A stretch of DNA of 64,000 nucleotides. Origin: Pelagomonas calceolata (lineage: Eukaryota). A program made the position numbers and the translations under genes. The DNA is taken from assembly GCA_918797485.1 (NCBI GenBank), contig CAKKNE010000005.1, positions 2,170,001 to 2,234,000 of the forward strand. The letters are read 5' to 3'. Positions 61,785 through 64,000 of this stretch are shown one piece after another (position 1 is the first letter of the stretch; the number at the start of each line of letters is the position of its first letter). The notes under the pieces were generated by a model. The model saw only the letters and a list, made by a program, of their open reading frames with translations, had not been told where the DNA came from and made no database searches.

Positions 61785-64000
61785 ATGGAGCCACAACAGG
61801 GACCAATCCCGCCAAGTACTGGCGCCGCGCCCGCGGCGCCGAACGGGTCGAACGGCGCCGCGCCAGCAAAAAAACAGGGCGGCCGCCAGAAGAAGGGCTT
61901 GACCTCAGGCAAAGCCACGTCCGCACCCCCAAAAAGATTAGCCATGGGCGGGCCGCCCCCCCGAGCGGCCACGCTCGCACCACCACCTTCTACATGCAGG
62001 GCCTGCCAGGGCGCCCACAGCGCGCATACGTGTGGCAAGACGAGGAAGAGAAGAAAAGTCGCGCAGCCACCTTTGGAGCCGCCTCGCGTCGTGGTCATTG
62101 GCGCTGGCGTCGCGGGCATCGGCTGCGCACGAACACTAGAACAGCTCGGCGCGGTAGTGACAGTAGTCGAAGCCAAACCGAGAGTAGGGGGCCGCTGCGC
62201 CTCAACAAAGATCAACGACGAGGGTGCGGCCGTCGACTTAGGTGCTTCTTGGATCCACGGCATCCGGAAGAACCCACTCTATACGGCGGCGTGCCAGCTG
62301 GGCTTGCACTGCGTCGACACCGGGGATGATGTGGCTTTGAGAGATGGAGAAACGGGCGTTTCCATCGAACGCGACTCGGCCGAGGACAAACGCGCCTTCG
62401 AGGCGTTCAATGCAGCTTTAGCATCTGCAAGGAAGGACGGCGAAGAGAAAGCCCTGGCCGAGAGTCAGCAGGAGGGCCACGTCAAAGCGCGAGCCATGCC
62501 TAGACACGGCGTCGACCAGGCCCTAGGACCGGCCGTTTCTTCACTACTCGACGCGCAGTCTCTATCTACAGATACGTTGAAATTAGTCCAGTGGCACCGG
62601 GCGAACATGGAGTACGCCAACGCCTGCCCCATGGATTCGTTATCGCTACGATTCTGGGACCAGGACGACGAGCACGCGTATGAAGGGGCGCACTGCGCCG
62701 TGCGGGAGGGCCTGGGGGCGTTGTGTGCGGGTTTGGCTCGACCCTTACGAGATGTTAGATTGCAGTGGCCCGTCGCGAAGATCGAACGAGTGAACAACTT
62801 GATCGTCGTGACCAAGGAGAATTCGACGGAGACGCTCGTTGCGGAGGTCGTCGTTGTCACCGTACCATTAGGTGTGTTGAAGCGAGGATTGGCCTTTGAA
62901 CCGCCCTTACCAAACTGGAAGACGCAGGCTATCGCCAGGCTAGGCTTCGGCGTTTTAGATAAAGTAGCTCTGAAATTTGAGAGGCCCTTTTGGAGGAATG
63001 CGGAATACTGGAACGGGTCCGAGAAGAGAATAGGCAATCTGGGACGCGTGCTAGATGTGTCGGAATATGGGGGCGAGTTCTTCCTCTGGGTCGACCTCGA
63101 GGGTGTCACCAATGAACATGTACTGGTAGCCTTATGTCCCGCGCTCAACGCTGAAAGATTTGAGGTCGATGCGGGTTTTACCACGGGCGGCGAGGCCGTG
63201 CGGAAGGCGCCGTCGAAGGTCGTGGAGAAGTGCTTGGAAGCGTTGAGGAAGTTGCTCGGGGCTTCGTCTGATGAGAAAAATGAGTGGAAGGTGTTGAGCG
63301 CGACGGCGACGGCGTGGCGCGACGACCGACGAGCTCTCGGGTCGTATTCCTTCTTAGCGCCGGGGTGCATACCGGAAGACGTCGACGCGTTGGCGGCGCC
63401 ATGCTGGGGCGGGGTCCTCAGGTGGGCCGGCGAGCATACTTCGAGGGAGCACCTCGCGACGGCGGCCGGCGCTCTGGAATCGGGCCGTGCGGAAGCTAGA
63501 CGAATAGCGAGAGAGACAGGATTGTTGTCACTATCCGACGACGAGGACGAAGAGAGCTGGCCCCACGTGGCCAAGCCGAAACGACCGTCGCGGGAAGCGA
63601 TGAGGGACGCGAGATCCGCGTTATGTGTGCGAAGCTTCGTCAGGAGGGACACGTCGGAGGATGTCTGCGCCTTGTGCGGTTTGAAGAGCGGCGAGGACGC
63701 CGACGTCGAGGGCTTCATGGCGGGTCCTTTACTAGCGTTCGAGCAAGGGTCGAGAATTGTGTGGGTCCATGATGGTTGTGCGGCGGCGTCGTCCGAAGTT
63801 AGGGTATTGGATGACGCCTGGTTCCACGTCCACGCGGCCATTTCTCGTGGTAGGCGCATCGCTTGTGCAGCTTGTGGCCAGAAGGGCGCGACTTTGGGTT
63901 GTATCTCGGCGGAGTGCCCGCATAGTTACCATGGGAGGTGTGCCGCGTTGCACCAAAAGTGGGATTTACGTTTGCACCGTCCGTTAGGCTACCCGAAGCG
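61785..64000 (+). CDS. LSD1-like flavin amine oxidase with a C-terminal extended PHD finger; runs off window end
   Basis: VVVIGAGVAG...EAKPRVGGR, DLGASWIHG, TVPLGVLK, GSYS, WAGEHT; then CALC...WVHDGCA...CAACGQKGATLGC...SYHGRCA. Confidence 0.85.
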   Translation, partial: MEPQQGPIPPSTGAAPAAPNGSNGAAPAKKQGGRQKKGLTSGKATSAPPKRLAMGGPPPRAATLAPPPSTCRACQGAHSAHTCGKTRKRRKVAQPPLEPPRVVVIGAGVAGIGCARTLEQLGAVVTVVEAKPRVGGRCASTKINDEGAAVDLGASWIHGIRKNPLYTAACQLGLHCVDTGDDVALRDGETGVSIERDSAEDKRAFEAFNAALASARKDGEEKALAESQQEGHVKARAMPRHGVDQALGPAVSSLLDAQSLSTDTLKLVQWHRANMEYANACPMDSLSLRFWDQDDEHAYEGAHCAVREGLGALCAGLARPLRDVRLQWPVAKIERVNNLIVVTKENSTETLVAEVVVVTVPLGVLKRGLAFEPPLPNWKTQAIARLGFGVLDKVALKFERPFWRNAEYWNGSEKRIGNLGRVLDVSEYGGEFFLWVDLEGVTNEHVLVALCPALNAERFEVDAGFTTGGEAVRKAPSKVVEKCLEALRKLLGASSDEKNEWKVLSATATAWRDDRRALGSYSFLAPGCIPEDVDALAAPCWGGVLRWAGEHTSREHLATAAGALESGRAEARRIARETGLLSLSDDEDEESWPHVAKPKRPSREAMRDARSALCVRSFVRRDTSEDVCALCGLKSGEDADVEGFMAGPLLAFEQGSRIVWVHDGCAAASSEVRVLDDAWFHVHAAISRGRRIACAACGQKGATLGCISAECPHSYHGRCAALHQKWDLRLHRPLGYPK

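Noticed and set aside
62465..63859. 464-aa minus-strand ORF
   Set aside because: Antisense shadow of the + strand amine oxidase gene
1..64000. tRNA, rRNA or telomeric repeats
   Set aside because: None recognised by eye; a tRNAscan-SE/Infernal run would be needed to exclude small RNAs

Overview
Gene-dense, GC-rich eukaryotic nuclear DNA with about 40 mostly intronless genes. The gene content and intron style point to a pelagophyte stramenopile alga (Pelagomonas/Aureococcus-like); this assignment is an inference. Recognisable genes include enkurin, MNS1, RPC4, threonyl-tRNA synthetase, NIT2, an ABCB transporter, a formin, two HSFs, a CAS1-domain O-acetyltransferase, two Asp/Asn beta-hydroxylase paralogs, four plastid-signal fasciclin (FAS1) genes and an LSD1-like amine oxidase with an ePHD finger that the ORF track missed. 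Four non-coding or structural signals stand out. (1) Seven of the eight introns I could infer look like introner elements (intron-generating MITEs): the best preserved have 15-bp TIRs and 8-bp TSDs, four have GC donors, and they share a motif at intron position +9. (2) A ~22-bp CTAG-bounded motif (GCTAGTGTCTTACAGGCCGCTAG) recurs at least 11 times, always upstream of genes. (3) The FAS1 genes form an inverted/tandem amplicon with mosaic promoters. (4) Several regions contain orphan gene fragments or lower-GC islands, one with a serine-recombinase-like relic. All calls are by eye, without database searches; intron boundaries are inferred from restoration of the reading frame.
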